From the IMG/VR virus record IMGVR_UViG_3300029791_000191: DNA of 64,000 nt. One strand, given 5' to 3'. The notes under the pieces are model-generated. The model was not told the origin of the DNA, did no database searches, and saw only the letters and a program-made list of their open reading frames with translations. Positions 36,630 through 47,649 of the stretch are shown here, in pieces (positions within the stretch are counted from its first letter, which is position 1; each line of letters begins with the position of its first letter). Origin of the DNA: a virus. Both the position numbers and the translations under genes were made by a program.

Positions 36630-39193
36630 TGAGAATAGAGACACATGCGCATACAGAATTTAGTCAGCTTCGTATGTTGGACTGCATCGTAAAAGTACCT
36701 CAATTAATAAAACAAGCTGCATCTCTTGGACTTTCAGGAGTTGCTATCACTGACCATGAGTCTGTATCTGGTCATGTGAGATTTATTCAAACAATTAAAT
36801 CCATGAAGTCTTCCGGTGAACTGCCGGAAGATTTCAAAGGAATACTTGGTAATGAAATATATTTAGTTGACAAATTAAATATATCAGAAGATGGAAAGAA
36901 GTCTTGTGATTCTCCATTTTATCATTATATTCTTCTGGCTAAAGATGAAATAGGGCATAAGCAGTTAAGAGAACTTAGTTCATTAGCATGGGACAACAGT
37001 TTTTATACAGGAAGGATGGAACGTGTTCCTACATTGAAAAGTGATCTGGAACATGTAGTTAAATCTAATCCTGGACATCTGATTTCAACGACAGCATGTT
37101 TAGGAGGAGAATTAGGCAAGTCTCTATTAGCAGGAGAAAATTATATGGATTTTCTTCTCTGGAACCAGCAGTTATTTGGTAAAGATTTTTACTTGGAAAT
37201 GCAACCGGGACTGTCAGAAGAACAGATAAAGTTGAATCGAGAGATTGTAAAATTAAAGCATCAATTAGGAATAAAAGCTACTATTGCCTGTGATGTCCAC
37301 TATTTGAAACAAGAGGATAGAGAAATTCATGCTGCTTATCTTAATAGTCGCGATGATGAAGAAAGAGAGTTAGGTGATTTCTATGAATCAACTTGGATGA
37401 TGACCAATGAGCAAATTCATCAGAGGATGGATTATCTTGGGTATGAAGAAGTGGAAGATGCATTGAAGTGTTCTCTGGAGATTGGTGAGAAGGTTGAAGA
37501 GTATGATTTGTATTGTCCAACTATTGTTCCTGGAGCTGACATCCCTGATTTTGAGTTAAGTGATTTCTTTGGCAATTATTATGATCGCTATGAATACATA
37601 TCTAAATTCGCTCATAGTGATAATGTTTATGATAGATATTTATTAAAACTGATAGAAGATGGATATTATGAAAAGATTCCTTATACTACTTTCGGTAAAG
37701 TAAAATTTTTTGAGACTTTAGATAGAATTGAAGTTGAATTAAAAGAAATGTGGCTTGTTACTGAAAAGCTTGGTACAAGTATTTCTTCCTATTATATATC
37801 AACACTTGAGTTGGTTAATATTATGTGGGAAGAAGGAGATTCTTTAGTGGGTGTAGCCAGAGGTTCAGTAACAGGAATGTTTACAATGTATCTCATTGGC
37901 ATTACTCAGATGAATCCTTTACAGTGGGGACTGCCTCATTGGAGACATATTTCCCATGAAAAAGTTGAACTCAGTGACGTAGATATCGACACACAGCAAG
38001 ATAGAAGAGTAAAAATCATTGAAGCTGTGAAACGTCGCAGAGGTGAAAGAAAAGTACTTAATTGTAGTACTTTTAAAACAGAAGGTAGTAAATCAGCTAT
38101 TATTACTGCTGGTAGAGGATTAGGCTTAGATTCAGATATCACTCAGTATTTATCTAATCTTATCCCTGTTACCAGAGGTCAAACTTGGAGTTTGCATGAT
38201 TGTCTTTATGGGAACGAAGAGAAAGAACGTCAGAGACAAACTGAATTTGCAAATGAAGTCAAAAAATACGACAAACTTTTAGAAACGGCTATGACTATTG
38301 AAGGGCTTATATGTGGAAGAAGTATACATGCTTCAGCAGTATATTTGTTTAATGAAGATTTTTTGGCTCACAATGCTAGGATGAAAGCTCCAAACGGTAT
38401 TTATATCACTCAATTTAATATGAAAGATTCTGATTATTGTTCTGGTCTTAAAATGGATTTCTTAACCATTCAGGCATTAGATAAGATTAGAACTTGTATG
38501 AATTTGCTAATTGATGCGGGATATATGAAATGGCAAGGATCACTGAGAGCTACATATAATAAATATTTACATCCAGATGTACTTGATTATGATACTAAAG
38601 AAATGTGGGATATGGTTGCAAAGAATGATGTGACAGATCTCTTTCAGTTTGATACTGCAGTTGGGCTTCAGGCAGCTAAACGAATCAAACCCCATTCCTT
38701 AGTAGAGCTTGCAACTGCGAACTCAATTATGAGACTTATGGTATCAGGAGAAGGCGCTGAACAGCCCATTGACACTTATATTAGGTATAAGAATGATATT
38801 AATGAATGGTACAAATGCATGAGAGATGAGTACCGTTTGACAGAAAGTGAAATAAAAATATTAGAGAAATATCTATTACCTGTATATGGAGTAGGAGATA
38901 CACAGGAAATTGTAATGGAAATTTCTATGGATGATCATATTTCAGGATTCAATGTTACACAGAGTAATAAGTTAAGAAAAGGTATTGCTAAAAAAGATGA
39001 AAAACTGCAGGAAGCTATGAAAAAGATGTTCTTTGAACATGGCAAAGAGATTGGAACTTCAGAGAATCTGCTGAACTATATCTGGAAAGAAGTTATAGGA
39101 AAGCAGCTTGGGTTGAATACGGCTCAAGTAAAACCTTGTGAACGTATGCAAAAACGGTGTCCGTACTTTTTACGGGCTAACGGTGGACGCTGA
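36629..39193 (+). CDS. DNA polymerase III alpha-type (DnaE/PolC family) replicative polymerase, N-terminal part (PHP + catalytic core), exon 1 or split gene part 1
   Basis: PHP domain MRIETHAHTEFS..AITDHESVSG; finger motif GLKMDFL; ORF stops at 39193 immediately before an HNH insertion. Confidence 0.7.
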   Translation: MRIETHAHTEFSQLRMLDCIVKVPQLIKQAASLGLSGVAITDHESVSGHVRFIQTIKSMKSSGELPEDFKGILGNEIYLVDKLNISEDGKKSCDSPFYHYILLAKDEIGHKQLRELSSLAWDNSFYTGRMERVPTLKSDLEHVVKSNPGHLISTTACLGGELGKSLLAGENYMDFLLWNQQLFGKDFYLEMQPGLSEEQIKLNREIVKLKHQLGIKATIACDVHYLKQEDREIHAAYLNSRDDEERELGDFYESTWMMTNEQIHQRMDYLGYEEVEDALKCSLEIGEKVEEYDLYCPTIVPGADIPDFELSDFFGNYYDRYEYISKFAHSDNVYDRYLLKLIEDGYYEKIPYTTFGKVKFFETLDRIEVELKEMWLVTEKLGTSISSYYISTLELVNIMWEEGDSLVGVARGSVTGMFTMYLIGITQMNPLQWGLPHWRHISHEKVELSDVDIDTQQDRRVKIIEAVKRRRGERKVLNCSTFKTEGSKSAIITAGRGLGLDSDITQYLSNLIPVTRGQTWSLHDCLYGNEEKERQRQTEFANEVKKYDKLLETAMTIEGLICGRSIHASAVYLFNEDFLAHNARMKAPNGIYITQFNMKDSDYCSGLKMDFLTIQALDKIRTCMNLLIDAGYMKWQGSLRATYNKYLHPDVLDYDTKEMWDMVAKNDVTDLFQFDTAVGLQAAKRIKPHSLVELATANSIMRLMVSGEGAEQPIDTYIRYKNDINEWYKCMRDEYRLTESEIKILEKYLLPVYGVGDTQEIVMEISMDDHISGFNVTQSNKLRKGIAKKDEKLQEAMKKMFFEHGKEIGTSENLLNYIWKEVIGKQLGLNTAQVKPCERMQKRCPYFLRANGGR

Positions 39194-40024
39194 TAATGCC
39201 AATACCGTGCCAAGTTAAATCGGGTGTAACGACTATTAGTACTGATGAGATTAGCACATTGGGAAGCGCAAGGATAGGGTGACTGTGCTCTGGAGGTTAC
39301 GATGGAAGAATGGAAGGATATTGAAGGATGGGAAGGAAAATATCAAGTATCCAATTATGGAGACATTAAAAGATTAGAACGAGATATTACAGATAGTTTA
39401 GGAAGAACCAAGCATTATACTGAAAAAATATTTCATCCTCATAAAGCAAATAACGGATATACGAGAGTAAGTTTTGGAACAGAAAGAGATTTGACTCATA
39501 GGGTTGTAGCAAAAGCTTTTTTGCCGAATCCTCGAAATTTACCGGAAGTAAATCATAAAGATGGACATAGGAAAGATTTCAATTTTGCAGGGACCAAAGA
39601 AAATAATTATGAAGACGGAAATTTGGAATGGGTTGACAGAAAAGAAAATATGCTTCATGCCTCTCGTACAGGTTTGATTAATAAAGATAGTAAAAAACGG
39701 AAAATATCAACAGCATTAAATCAGAAAAAGTCAGTTGAAAAAGCACTAAGACCTGTAGCATTGCTTGATGATGAAAATAATATTTTGAGTATTTTTCGAA
39801 GTATAAAAATTGCTGGTGAGATTACAAACATTCCTCAACAAAATATAGGAGAAGTATGTAGAGGGAATAGAGACTCAGCTGGCGGGTTTAAATGGGAATA
39901 TGTGGACAAAGATTTATTTAATACAGTCACTCAAGAGATAGTCTAGTCCGAACAAATACTACGAAAGTAGCGGTACACCGATTCATTTTCTAAAAACCAC
40001 ACTTTCCCTTATTCCTGTATTGGT
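39194..40024 (+). other. Intervening sequence in the polymerase gene carrying an HNH homing endonuclease; probable group I intron (structured noncoding flanks 39194-39301 and 39947-40024)
   Basis: Polymerase reading frame interrupted; flanks GC-richer than surroundings and ORF-free. Confidence 0.5.
39302..39946 (+). CDS. HNH homing endonuclease with NUMOD4-type N-terminus
   Basis: MEEWKDIEGWEGKYQVSNYGDIKR (NUMOD4), HNH core EVNHKDGHRKD...NLEWVDRKEN. Confidence 0.8.
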   Translation: MEEWKDIEGWEGKYQVSNYGDIKRLERDITDSLGRTKHYTEKIFHPHKANNGYTRVSFGTERDLTHRVVAKAFLPNPRNLPEVNHKDGHRKDFNFAGTKENNYEDGNLEWVDRKENMLHASRTGLINKDSKKRKISTALNQKKSVEKALRPVALLDDENNILSIFRSIKIAGEITNIPQQNIGEVCRGNRDSAGGFKWEYVDKDLFNTVTQEIV

Positions 40025-41413
40025 TTGCAAGAGTTGAATTTAGGATATCACTATCCAATTATCTATTGGAATACAGCATGTTTAATTATCAATGCCGGAG
40101 CCAACGAAGAGCTTGATGATAATAAGTCCACTCAATATGGGAAAATTGCGAAAGCAATAGCCAATTTTAAGCAGCGTTCAATCATAGTAGACAGACCTCT
40201 TATCAATGAAGCAAAGTTTTCTTTTGTCCCAGATGAAAAGAACAATCGTATTATTTTCTCTTTTAAAGGACTTTGTGGAATAGGTGATGATATAGCTCGT
40301 GCCATTGTGGAGCACCAGCCTTATGGTTCATTTGAAGATTTCTGTAAACGTATGGTAGACACTAAGATTATTGGTACTGCTAAAATGATTATTCTAATTA
40401 AAGCTGGTTGTTTCAATGAACTTGATTCTCCAGATCGCATGGAAACAATGAAAAAGTTTCTTTCTCGTAATGTATTCACGCCTACAGATAAGCTGACTAT
40501 GCAACAGTTTAACTCAGCATTAGAATATGACATCTTCCCAAAAGAGATGGAAACAATGATTAGAATCAAGAATTTCAAAGCGTATGCTTTACATGAGAGT
40601 TTCTTTTTAAAAAATATAATAGATGAAGGAAAAAAGGTACCTAAAAAAGGATATCATGACAGATATTTTGCTCTTGATGAAAGAGGTACAGAATTTTTGA
40701 TGGAGCACTTTAATACATGTATTGTGGGTACAAAGGAGGATGGAGTAATTATTTCAGAGAAGCTCTTTAATAAAGAATGGGATGCTCTTATCCAACCATT
40801 GAAAGATTATATGGCTTTACCTGAGACACTTCAATTATATAACCAGAAAAAACTTGACTCAACAATGGAATCTTATGCATCTGGATCATTAGAACAATGG
40901 GATATGGAATCATTAAGCTATTACCCGGATCGGCATGAGTTGTGGAATTTGAATGAGCCAAAGTATGGAGTGGTTGATTATAATTCACTCCCAGAGATTC
41001 CTGAAGTATATGATTATACCACAAGAAGAGTTAGAGGAGAAATTAAACATTTTCCTAAATATAAAATATTTCGCTTAGCTGGAACTGTTTTAGACTCTGA
41101 TAATAATAAACATTTGGTGACGTTGCTGACTAACCATAGTGTCGTAACCTGTAAATATAACAAAGGTCAGTATAGTTATTATAATAAAAGAATTTCTGAA
41201 CAGACACCTGCAGGCAAGAAAAAAGTTCTGGAAGAGTCTTGGTTTAAAAGAGGTTCTAAAATTATTGTTTGTGGTTATAGGCGTGAGGATCAATTTGTTG
41301 TCACGAAATATGCAGACACTGTTTATACTCATACAACTAATAGAATTGAGGAAATTTACAATGATGGAACAATATTGGCTCAAACAGATAGAAAGAAAGT
41401 TGGTGAAGAATAA
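40025..41413 (+). CDS. DNA polymerase III alpha-type polymerase, C-terminal part (exon 2 or split gene part 2)
   Basis: Continues the polymerase after the insertion; true exon boundary probably upstream of the first ATG. Confidence 0.6.
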   Translation: MQELNLGYHYPIIYWNTACLIINAGANEELDDNKSTQYGKIAKAIANFKQRSIIVDRPLINEAKFSFVPDEKNNRIIFSFKGLCGIGDDIARAIVEHQPYGSFEDFCKRMVDTKIIGTAKMIILIKAGCFNELDSPDRMETMKKFLSRNVFTPTDKLTMQQFNSALEYDIFPKEMETMIRIKNFKAYALHESFFLKNIIDEGKKVPKKGYHDRYFALDERGTEFLMEHFNTCIVGTKEDGVIISEKLFNKEWDALIQPLKDYMALPETLQLYNQKKLDSTMESYASGSLEQWDMESLSYYPDRHELWNLNEPKYGVVDYNSLPEIPEVYDYTTRRVRGEIKHFPKYKIFRLAGTVLDSDNNKHLVTLLTNHSVVTCKYNKGQYSYYNKRISEQTPAGKKKVLEESWFKRGSKIIVCGYRREDQFVVTKYADTVYTHTTNRIEEIYNDGTILAQTDRKKVGEE

Positions 41414-41421
41414 TAGAAACT

Positions 41422-43668
41422 GTAGTTGAACAGGTACAGTTCAAAGGTCTTTTAGAAGAGCAAAAATACTATAATGATTCTACTCACTGGGGCATATTTT
41501 ATGCAACAGTGAGAGAAATAACTGTAGGAAATCTTACAAAAGGCATGAGATATTGTATTAAAGGAAATATTCATACGCCTATTATAGGAAAAGTTTACGA
41601 CATAAAAGGTGAAATGGACTACAGCCCCACCTGGGGAGAGCAAATTAGTATTCTTGAAAGCTCTATGAATAATGATTTAGCTGAAACTGATATTAGAGGT
41701 CAAAAATATATTCTCTGCAAACTATTCCCCAAACATGTACAAAGAATGTATGAGACTTTAGATAATCCTTACTTAGCTTTAAAAGAAGGGAACGTAAAAG
41801 AACTTACAAAAATTAAAGGATGTGGCCCTAACGTAGCTACTAAGTGGATTGAGAGATTTAATGATACCTATGATAAACACAAAGCGTATATTGATTTAGC
41901 TAGGTACTCCATTAGTGATAAATTGATAGAAAAGATTATCAAATACTATCATGAAGACGTAGATAAAGCTGTTGATGTAGTAAAAAATCATCCATATGAT
42001 TTGACAATCATAAGAGGGATAGGTTGGAAAACAGCCGATGATATAGCACTGCAGAATGGAGCTGATCCTTATGGCATAGATCGGATTGAAACTTGTATTA
42101 AAATGTTTCTAAGGAATCAAGGAGAGAATGGAAAATCATTTAGTTATTCAGAAGAAATCATGCAAGAGTTAATAGATAAAATAGGAGAAGAAGTACCTGA
42201 TTTGAATATCGCTGAAGCGATACATGATTTACAAGATTCCCAAATGATTGTATGGAATAAAGAAAAAACTAAGATAGGATTGAAATGGTATTATGACTTA
42301 GAATATTCGATAGCTGAACATTTAGTAAGATTAAAAAATGCCCCTAATAAATTTAAGTATAGTAACTGGCTAGAGATAATTAAAAAGAAAGAAAAAGCTC
42401 AAGGATGGGATTATACAGAGCAACAGCTTGAGGGTATTAAAATGGTTCTCGATAATCAGTTATGCTGTATCTCCGGTTACGGCGGAACAGGTAAGACGAG
42501 TATTATTGATGGTATTCTTACTATCCTGCAAGATTATAAAAGTGTAACAGTAGCTTTAGCCGGAAGAGCTGCGGCGAGAATTAGTGAAGCTTCTGGTAAA
42601 GAAAGTCAAACAATTCATAAGTTACTCAAACTCAAATATGGAGACCCAAGAACACCATTTGACTATGAGTATGATCCTTTAGATTATGACATTATTGTAG
42701 TGGACGAAATGTCTATGATTGATGGTTATCTTTTTAAGCAATTACTGAAAGCGTGTGCTACTGGAACAAAAGTAATCTTTATTGGAGATGTGGGGCAGCT
42801 AGAATCTATAGGTTCCTGTGCAGTAGCTGCTGATATGCTTGAATCTAAATATATATCTTCAATTTTCCTTGATAAAATTCATAGACAAGCTCAGAAATCA
42901 GCGATTATTACTGAAAGTATTCGAGTGAGACAAGGAAAACAATTAACTTCTGATGGGTGGACTGGAGAAGAAACAAGAGGTGAACTTCAGGACATGATTC
43001 TTAATTGCTATACTGATAAATCTAATACATATCATAATATAGTGCAGTATTTTAAAGAAGAAATCAAACATGCTAAATCTATTCTGAATGTGCAAATCAT
43101 TGTTCCTTGTAGACAAGGAGTGTCTTCAGTAGCTTCTTTAAATCATATAGCTCAACAGATATATAATCCCAAATCAAAAAAGCAATACAAAATTATGAAA
43201 AGCGGAGTAGTTCAATGGGTATTAAAAGTAGGAGATAAAGTTATAAACAAACTGAATAAGTACCAGATAATTAATTCTGATGGTTCAGTTGTAGATATCT
43301 TTAATGGAAACTTAGGCATCATAAAAGATATAAAAAATGACTATATCCTGATAGATTTTCAAGGAATTGGCTATGTAGAAGTACCTAAATCACATGCTCC
43401 TTATATAGAGCTTGGATATGCAATAACTTGTCATTCAGCTCAAGGAAGTCAGTTTGATACAGTTATTGGAGGAATAGACTTTTCAATGTTTATTATGCTT
43501 AATAAAGAACTCTTATACACCATGATTACTAGAGCCAGTAAAAAATTTATACTATGTGCTCAGACTAAGGCTCTGCAATACGCAATTACTAAAGAACAGA
43601 TTATCCATAGACAAACTTATCTTATGGATGATTTAGATGAATTATGTAACAAGAAATTTGATTTTTAG
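41422..43668 (+). CDS. RecD/Dda-like superfamily 1 DNA helicase
   Basis: Walker A ISGYGGTGKTSII, Walker B IVVDEMSM, C-terminal GYAITCHSAQGSQFD; start uncertain (GTG 41422 or 41509). Confidence 0.7.
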   Translation, partial: VVEQVQFKGLLEEQKYYNDSTHWGIFYATVREITVGNLTKGMRYCIKGNIHTPIIGKVYDIKGEMDYSPTWGEQISILESSMNNDLAETDIRGQKYILCKLFPKHVQRMYETLDNPYLALKEGNVKELTKIKGCGPNVATKWIERFNDTYDKHKAYIDLARYSISDKLIEKIIKYYHEDVDKAVDVVKNHPYDLTIIRGIGWKTADDIALQNGADPYGIDRIETCIKMFLRNQGENGKSFSYSEEIMQELIDKIGEEVPDLNIAEAIHDLQDSQMIVWNKEKTKIGLKWYYDLEYSIAEHLVRLKNAPNKFKYSNWLEIIKKKEKAQGWDYTEQQLEGIKMVLDNQLCCISGYGGTGKTSIIDGILTILQDYKSVTVALAGRAAARISEASGKESQTIHKLLKLKYGDPRTPFDYEYDPLDYDIIVVDEMSMIDGYLFKQLLKACATGTKVIFIGDVGQLESIGSCAVAADMLESKYISSIFLDKIHRQAQKSAIITESIRVRQGKQLTSDGWTGEETRGELQDMILNCYTDKSNTYHNIVQYFKEEIKHAKSILNVQIIVPCRQGVSSVASLNHIAQQIYNPKSKKQYKIMKSGVVQWVLKVGDKVINKLNKYQIINSDGSVVDIFNGNLGIIKDIKNDYILIDFQGIGYVEVPKSHAPYIELGYAITCHSAQGSQFDTVIGGIDFSMFIMLNKELLYTMITRASKKFILCAQTKALQYAITKEQIIHRQTYLMDDLDELCNKKFDF

Positions 43669-43679
43669 GAGGTATAAAT

Positions 43680-43877
43680 ATGGATGAATACAAAGAGCCA
43701 TCATATAAGAATATGACAATTACACAGGTGATTGATAGATTATCAGATATTGCTGATAGTGCTCAATATTGTGAAATAGAAGGCATCTTATGTAGAGCAA
43801 TTGCTATGCTTAAAGACTATAGATCAATAGATGAATTTATTAATGAACCGATGGGAGGCGGGTATTATGGCGTTTAG
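43680..43877 (+). CDS. hypothetical small protein (65 aa)
   Basis: RBS GGAGGT upstream. Confidence 0.35.
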   Translation: MDEYKEPSYKNMTITQVIDRLSDIADSAQYCEIEGILCRAIAMLKDYRSIDEFINEPMGGGYYGV

Positions 43878-44070
43878 TCACGATATTACTTTCTGTGCAG
43901 GAGAGTTAGTGGATTGTCCTAAAAAAGAATCCTGTTATAGATACAAAGAAGTAGATAGATTCCAGCCAGGAGAAGTATTTTCTATGGCTACTCTATATAA
44001 AGCAGCTTGTTGTGAAGTTAATGATTTTCAGTTGTTTATAAAAGATAAGGAGGACAAGAGTGAAAATTAA
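43831..44070 (+). CDS. hypothetical small Cys-containing protein (79 aa)
   Basis: ORF only. Confidence 0.3.
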   Translation: MNLLMNRWEAGIMAFSHDITFCAGELVDCPKKESCYRYKEVDRFQPGEVFSMATLYKAACCEVNDFQLFIKDKEDKSEN

Positions 44071-44296
44071 TAGAATTAAAGATTTTGAATCATTTTTTAA
44101 AGTAGTAGATAAATGTAAAGGAAGAGTAGATATTGTCTCACCGGAAGGTGACAATATTGTCCTTAACAGTCAGTTATGCAGATTTGTTTTAACTGCTTTG
44201 GTACAGTCAGGGGACACTTTATTAGATACTCTTGAATTGCATTGTGAGAACCCTGATGATGCAGCTTTGTTTATTAAATATATGATGGAGGAATAA
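44060..44296 (+). CDS. hypothetical small protein (78 aa)
   Basis: ORF only. Confidence 0.3.
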   Translation: MKINRIKDFESFFKVVDKCKGRVDIVSPEGDNIVLNSQLCRFVLTALVQSGDTLLDTLELHCENPDDAALFIKYMMEE

Positions 44297-44297
44297 A

Positions 44298-44723
44298 ATG
44301 AAAAGATTAAATATTTATTTAGCTGGTGCTTGCAAAGGATTAGTTGATGAAGGGACATCTTGGAGGAATGAAGCTTTTGAGAGATTTATTTTAGCACAAA
44401 AGTATTTAGATCTTATTGCATATCACTTATATGATCCAACAGAGTATTTTCCTAGAGATGGCTCTAAATCTATTACAGCCAAGCAGACAAAAAATTTCTA
44501 TATAAAGTATCTCATCGCCAATAGTGATTTGATTTTAGTAAACCTTAATAATACTGAAAATTCTGTGGGAACTGGACAGGAATTACAATATGCAGTTGAT
44601 AAAGGGATACCTGTTATTGGATTTGGGAAACAGAATGTATATGAATGGCTTCCTGAAGATTGTGATGTAGTGTTTGATACTCTTGAAGAAGCTGTTGATT
44701 ATATTATTAATTATTACGATTAA
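44298..44723 (+). CDS. nucleoside 2-deoxyribosyltransferase-like protein
   Basis: N-terminal IYLAGA motif typical of the family; 141 aa. Confidence 0.35.
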   Translation: MKRLNIYLAGACKGLVDEGTSWRNEAFERFILAQKYLDLIAYHLYDPTEYFPRDGSKSITAKQTKNFYIKYLIANSDLILVNLNNTENSVGTGQELQYAVDKGIPVIGFGKQNVYEWLPEDCDVVFDTLEEAVDYIINYYD

Positions 44724-44734
44724 GGAGAATGTGT

Positions 44735-46978
44735 ATGACAGTACAGGAATGGTTAGGAACAGAGAATCAATTAGGACAAGATATTTGGGAAAGAAAATAC
44801 AGATATGAAAATGAAACTTTTGATGAGTGGATTAATCGTGTATCTGGTGGAAATTCAGAAATTGCTAATTTAATTAAAGAGAAAAAGTTCTTATTTGGAG
44901 GTCGCATTCTTGCTAATAGAGGTCTTGAGAATAAAGGACGTAAAATTAGTCTCAGTAATTGCTATGTAATTGAACCACCGGAAGACAATATTGAAAGTAT
45001 CTTTGACTGCGCTAAAAAACTTGCTCGTACATATAGCTATGGTGGTGGATGTGGAGTTGATATTAGTAAATTATCTCCAAGAGGTGCAAAGGTCAATAAT
45101 GCCGCTAAAGAAACAACTGGTTCTGTATCATTTATGGACTTATATTCTATGGTTACTGGATTAATCGGGCAAGCGGGACGTAGAGGAGCTTTAATGCTTA
45201 GTCTTTCATGTGAGCATCCAGACTTAGAAGAGTTTATTGGTATTAAATCAGACCTTGATAGAGTCACAAAAGCTAATATTTCTATTAGAATTACAGACAA
45301 GTTTATGGCTGCGGTAAAGAATAAAACTCCATTTACTTTATCATTTACTAGGTTAGAAACAGGAGAAACCATCACTAAAGAAATTGATGCATATGAAATG
45401 TTTCATAAAATGTGTGAAATGAACTGGGATTATGCTGAACCTGGAATGCTTTTCTGGGACAGAATCAATAACTGGAATTTACTTAGTTGTGATGATGAGT
45501 TTGAATATGCAGGAACAAATCCATGCGCAGAAGAACCTTTGCCAGCGGGAGGTTCATGCCTTCTTGGTAGCATTAACCTAGCTGAATTTGCATGTGATAC
45601 AGGATTTGATTTTGAGAGTTTTAAGCATTGTGTCAAATCGTCTGTTATTGCATTAAATGAAGTATTAGATGAAGGACTTCCACTCCATCCATTAAAAGAA
45701 CAAAGAGAATCTGTATATGATTGGAGACAGATTGGACTTGGAATCTTTGGTCTTGCCGATTTGCTTATTAAACTGGGAATTAAATATGGTAGTCCAGAAG
45801 CCATTGATTTATGCGACATGATTGGACATACTATGGCAGATATGGCAATTAAAACATCTGCTGTGTTAGCAAAAGAATATGGTGTATATCCTAAATATAA
45901 ACCAGAAGCGGTAGAACAATCAGCGTTTTATAGTAAAAATGCATTAGGTGAAACAAAAGAATTAGTAGAATCATTTGGACTTAGAAACTCTCAGTTACTT
46001 ACAATTGCACCAACTGGATCTCTTTCAACTATGCTTGGTGTGTCTGGTGGTATTGAACCTATTTTTGCAAACTACTATACAAGAAAAACAGAGTCTCTTA
46101 AAGGTCATGATGAATATTATAAAGTCTACACTCCAATTGTAAAAGAATATATGGATAAACATGGATTAAAAGATGATTCTGAATTACCAGATTACTTTGT
46201 AACAGCTCAGACACTGGATTATAAGAACAGAATCTATATGCAAAGTATTTGGCAGTCACACATTGATGCATCTATCAGTTCTACTGTTAATGTTCCAAAT
46301 GATTTTACAGTTGAACAGGTGGAAGGGTTATACATGACTGCATGGGATGCAGGATTAAAAGGTGTAACTATCTTTAGAGATGGATGTAAACGTGCAGGTA
46401 TTCTTACTATTAAAGAGAATGTAGAAGATATTGTAGAAAAACCTCACAGATTAGAAAGAGGAATGATCATCAAAGCAGATGATAACTGCATTGGCAAAAA
46501 GAGAACTCTTAGGACAGGTTGTGGAACACTCCATTGTGAAGCTTTCTTTGATCCAGACAATGGCCAGTTACTTGAAACTTATTTCAGTAAAGGGTCTTCC
46601 GGTGGGTGTAATAATTTTATGATTGGACTTTCGAGAATGATTTCTTTGGCAGCTAGAGGCGGAATTGATGTTTATTCCATAGTAGATCAGTTAAAATCTT
46701 CTGGTACCTGTCCATCATATGCGGTTAGAACAGCTACTAAACACGATACATCTAAAGGCAGCAGTTGCCCTGTAGCTATTGGAAATGCTCTTCTTGAAAT
46801 GTATGAAGAGATGATGGATGAAGTAGGTTTTTCAGATGTTGAAGAAAAAGAATTAGAAGTTATTACACCTAAGATTGTACCAGTTTCTAAGGCGAAATGC
46901 CCTCAGTGCGGTGGAGAATTAGTCTTTGAAGGTGGCTGTAACACTTGCAAGAATTGTGGATGGAGTAAATGTGATTAA
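44735..46978 (+). CDS. nrdJ: ribonucleotide reductase, class II (adenosylcobalamin-dependent, NrdJ-like)
   Basis: ATG 44735 after AAGGAG; catalytic NPCAEEPL, C-terminal zinc ribbon CPQCGG...CNTCKNCGWSKC. Confidence 0.7.
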   Translation: MTVQEWLGTENQLGQDIWERKYRYENETFDEWINRVSGGNSEIANLIKEKKFLFGGRILANRGLENKGRKISLSNCYVIEPPEDNIESIFDCAKKLARTYSYGGGCGVDISKLSPRGAKVNNAAKETTGSVSFMDLYSMVTGLIGQAGRRGALMLSLSCEHPDLEEFIGIKSDLDRVTKANISIRITDKFMAAVKNKTPFTLSFTRLETGETITKEIDAYEMFHKMCEMNWDYAEPGMLFWDRINNWNLLSCDDEFEYAGTNPCAEEPLPAGGSCLLGSINLAEFACDTGFDFESFKHCVKSSVIALNEVLDEGLPLHPLKEQRESVYDWRQIGLGIFGLADLLIKLGIKYGSPEAIDLCDMIGHTMADMAIKTSAVLAKEYGVYPKYKPEAVEQSAFYSKNALGETKELVESFGLRNSQLLTIAPTGSLSTMLGVSGGIEPIFANYYTRKTESLKGHDEYYKVYTPIVKEYMDKHGLKDDSELPDYFVTAQTLDYKNRIYMQSIWQSHIDASISSTVNVPNDFTVEQVEGLYMTAWDAGLKGVTIFRDGCKRAGILTIKENVEDIVEKPHRLERGMIIKADDNCIGKKRTLRTGCGTLHCEAFFDPDNGQLLETYFSKGSSGGCNNFMIGLSRMISLAARGGIDVYSIVDQLKSSGTCPSYAVRTATKHDTSKGSSCPVAIGNALLEMYEEMMDEVGFSDVEEKELEVITPKIVPVSKAKCPQCGGELVFEGGCNTCKNCGWSKCD

Positions 46979-47247
46979 TGAAAGTAATAGAGAAAGGTGA
47001 CAAGCTCTATTATACAAGAATTTTCCCTACAGTAGGTATCTATGATGTCTGTGATTTGACTGTTCGTACAGTCACAGACACCTACTTTGTAGGTATGGAT
47101 AAAAGAGATAAACATGAGTATCTCTTAGGATTTAATACTGTAGGAGAAGTAGTATTTGATAGTAAAAAAGTCGCATTGAATAAAGTACATGAAGCTGAGA
47201 AACATAAATTAAATATCAGTGATGAGACTGACTATGAGGAATATTAA
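46978..47247 (+). CDS. hypothetical small protein (89 aa)
   Basis: ORF coupled to nrdJ stop. Confidence 0.35.
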   Translation: MKVIEKGDKLYYTRIFPTVGIYDVCDLTVRTVTDTYFVGMDKRDKHEYLLGFNTVGEVVFDSKKVALNKVHEAEKHKLNISDETDYEEY

Positions 47248-47249
47248 CA

Positions 47250-47471
47250 ATGATTGATAAAGAAGTTATTTATAAAGAAAGAATGTATGCTGAAAATCAG
47301 CTTAAAGAAAAATCTGGCAGTAATATTGTTGTAGAATGGATGTCTGAAATAAAAGAGCTTGCGAAAAATGGATATGAGATATCTAGCGCAAATGCTTGTA
47401 TGAAGGATGAAAAATTTCAAAGAATTATTGGTATCTGTGATGCAGTAATTATGGTATTGAAGGAGAATTAG
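47250..47471 (+). CDS. hypothetical small protein (73 aa)
   Basis: ORF only. Confidence 0.3.
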   Translation: MIDKEVIYKERMYAENQLKEKSGSNIVVEWMSEIKELAKNGYEISSANACMKDEKFQRIIGICDAVIMVLKEN

Positions 47472-47649
47472 GATATGGAATTTGCAAAAGCAATAGCATG
47501 GATTTCAACTGCAGTAACAGTAATAATAGGTATGAAAATTACAGAATCTCCATGGTGTTTATGGGCGTTTTTATTACCATTATTAATGAGTTAAAGTTAC
47601 GTGATAATGTGGATGTGGAATTTGAAATCTTAGCAGAGGAGTTTAAAAG

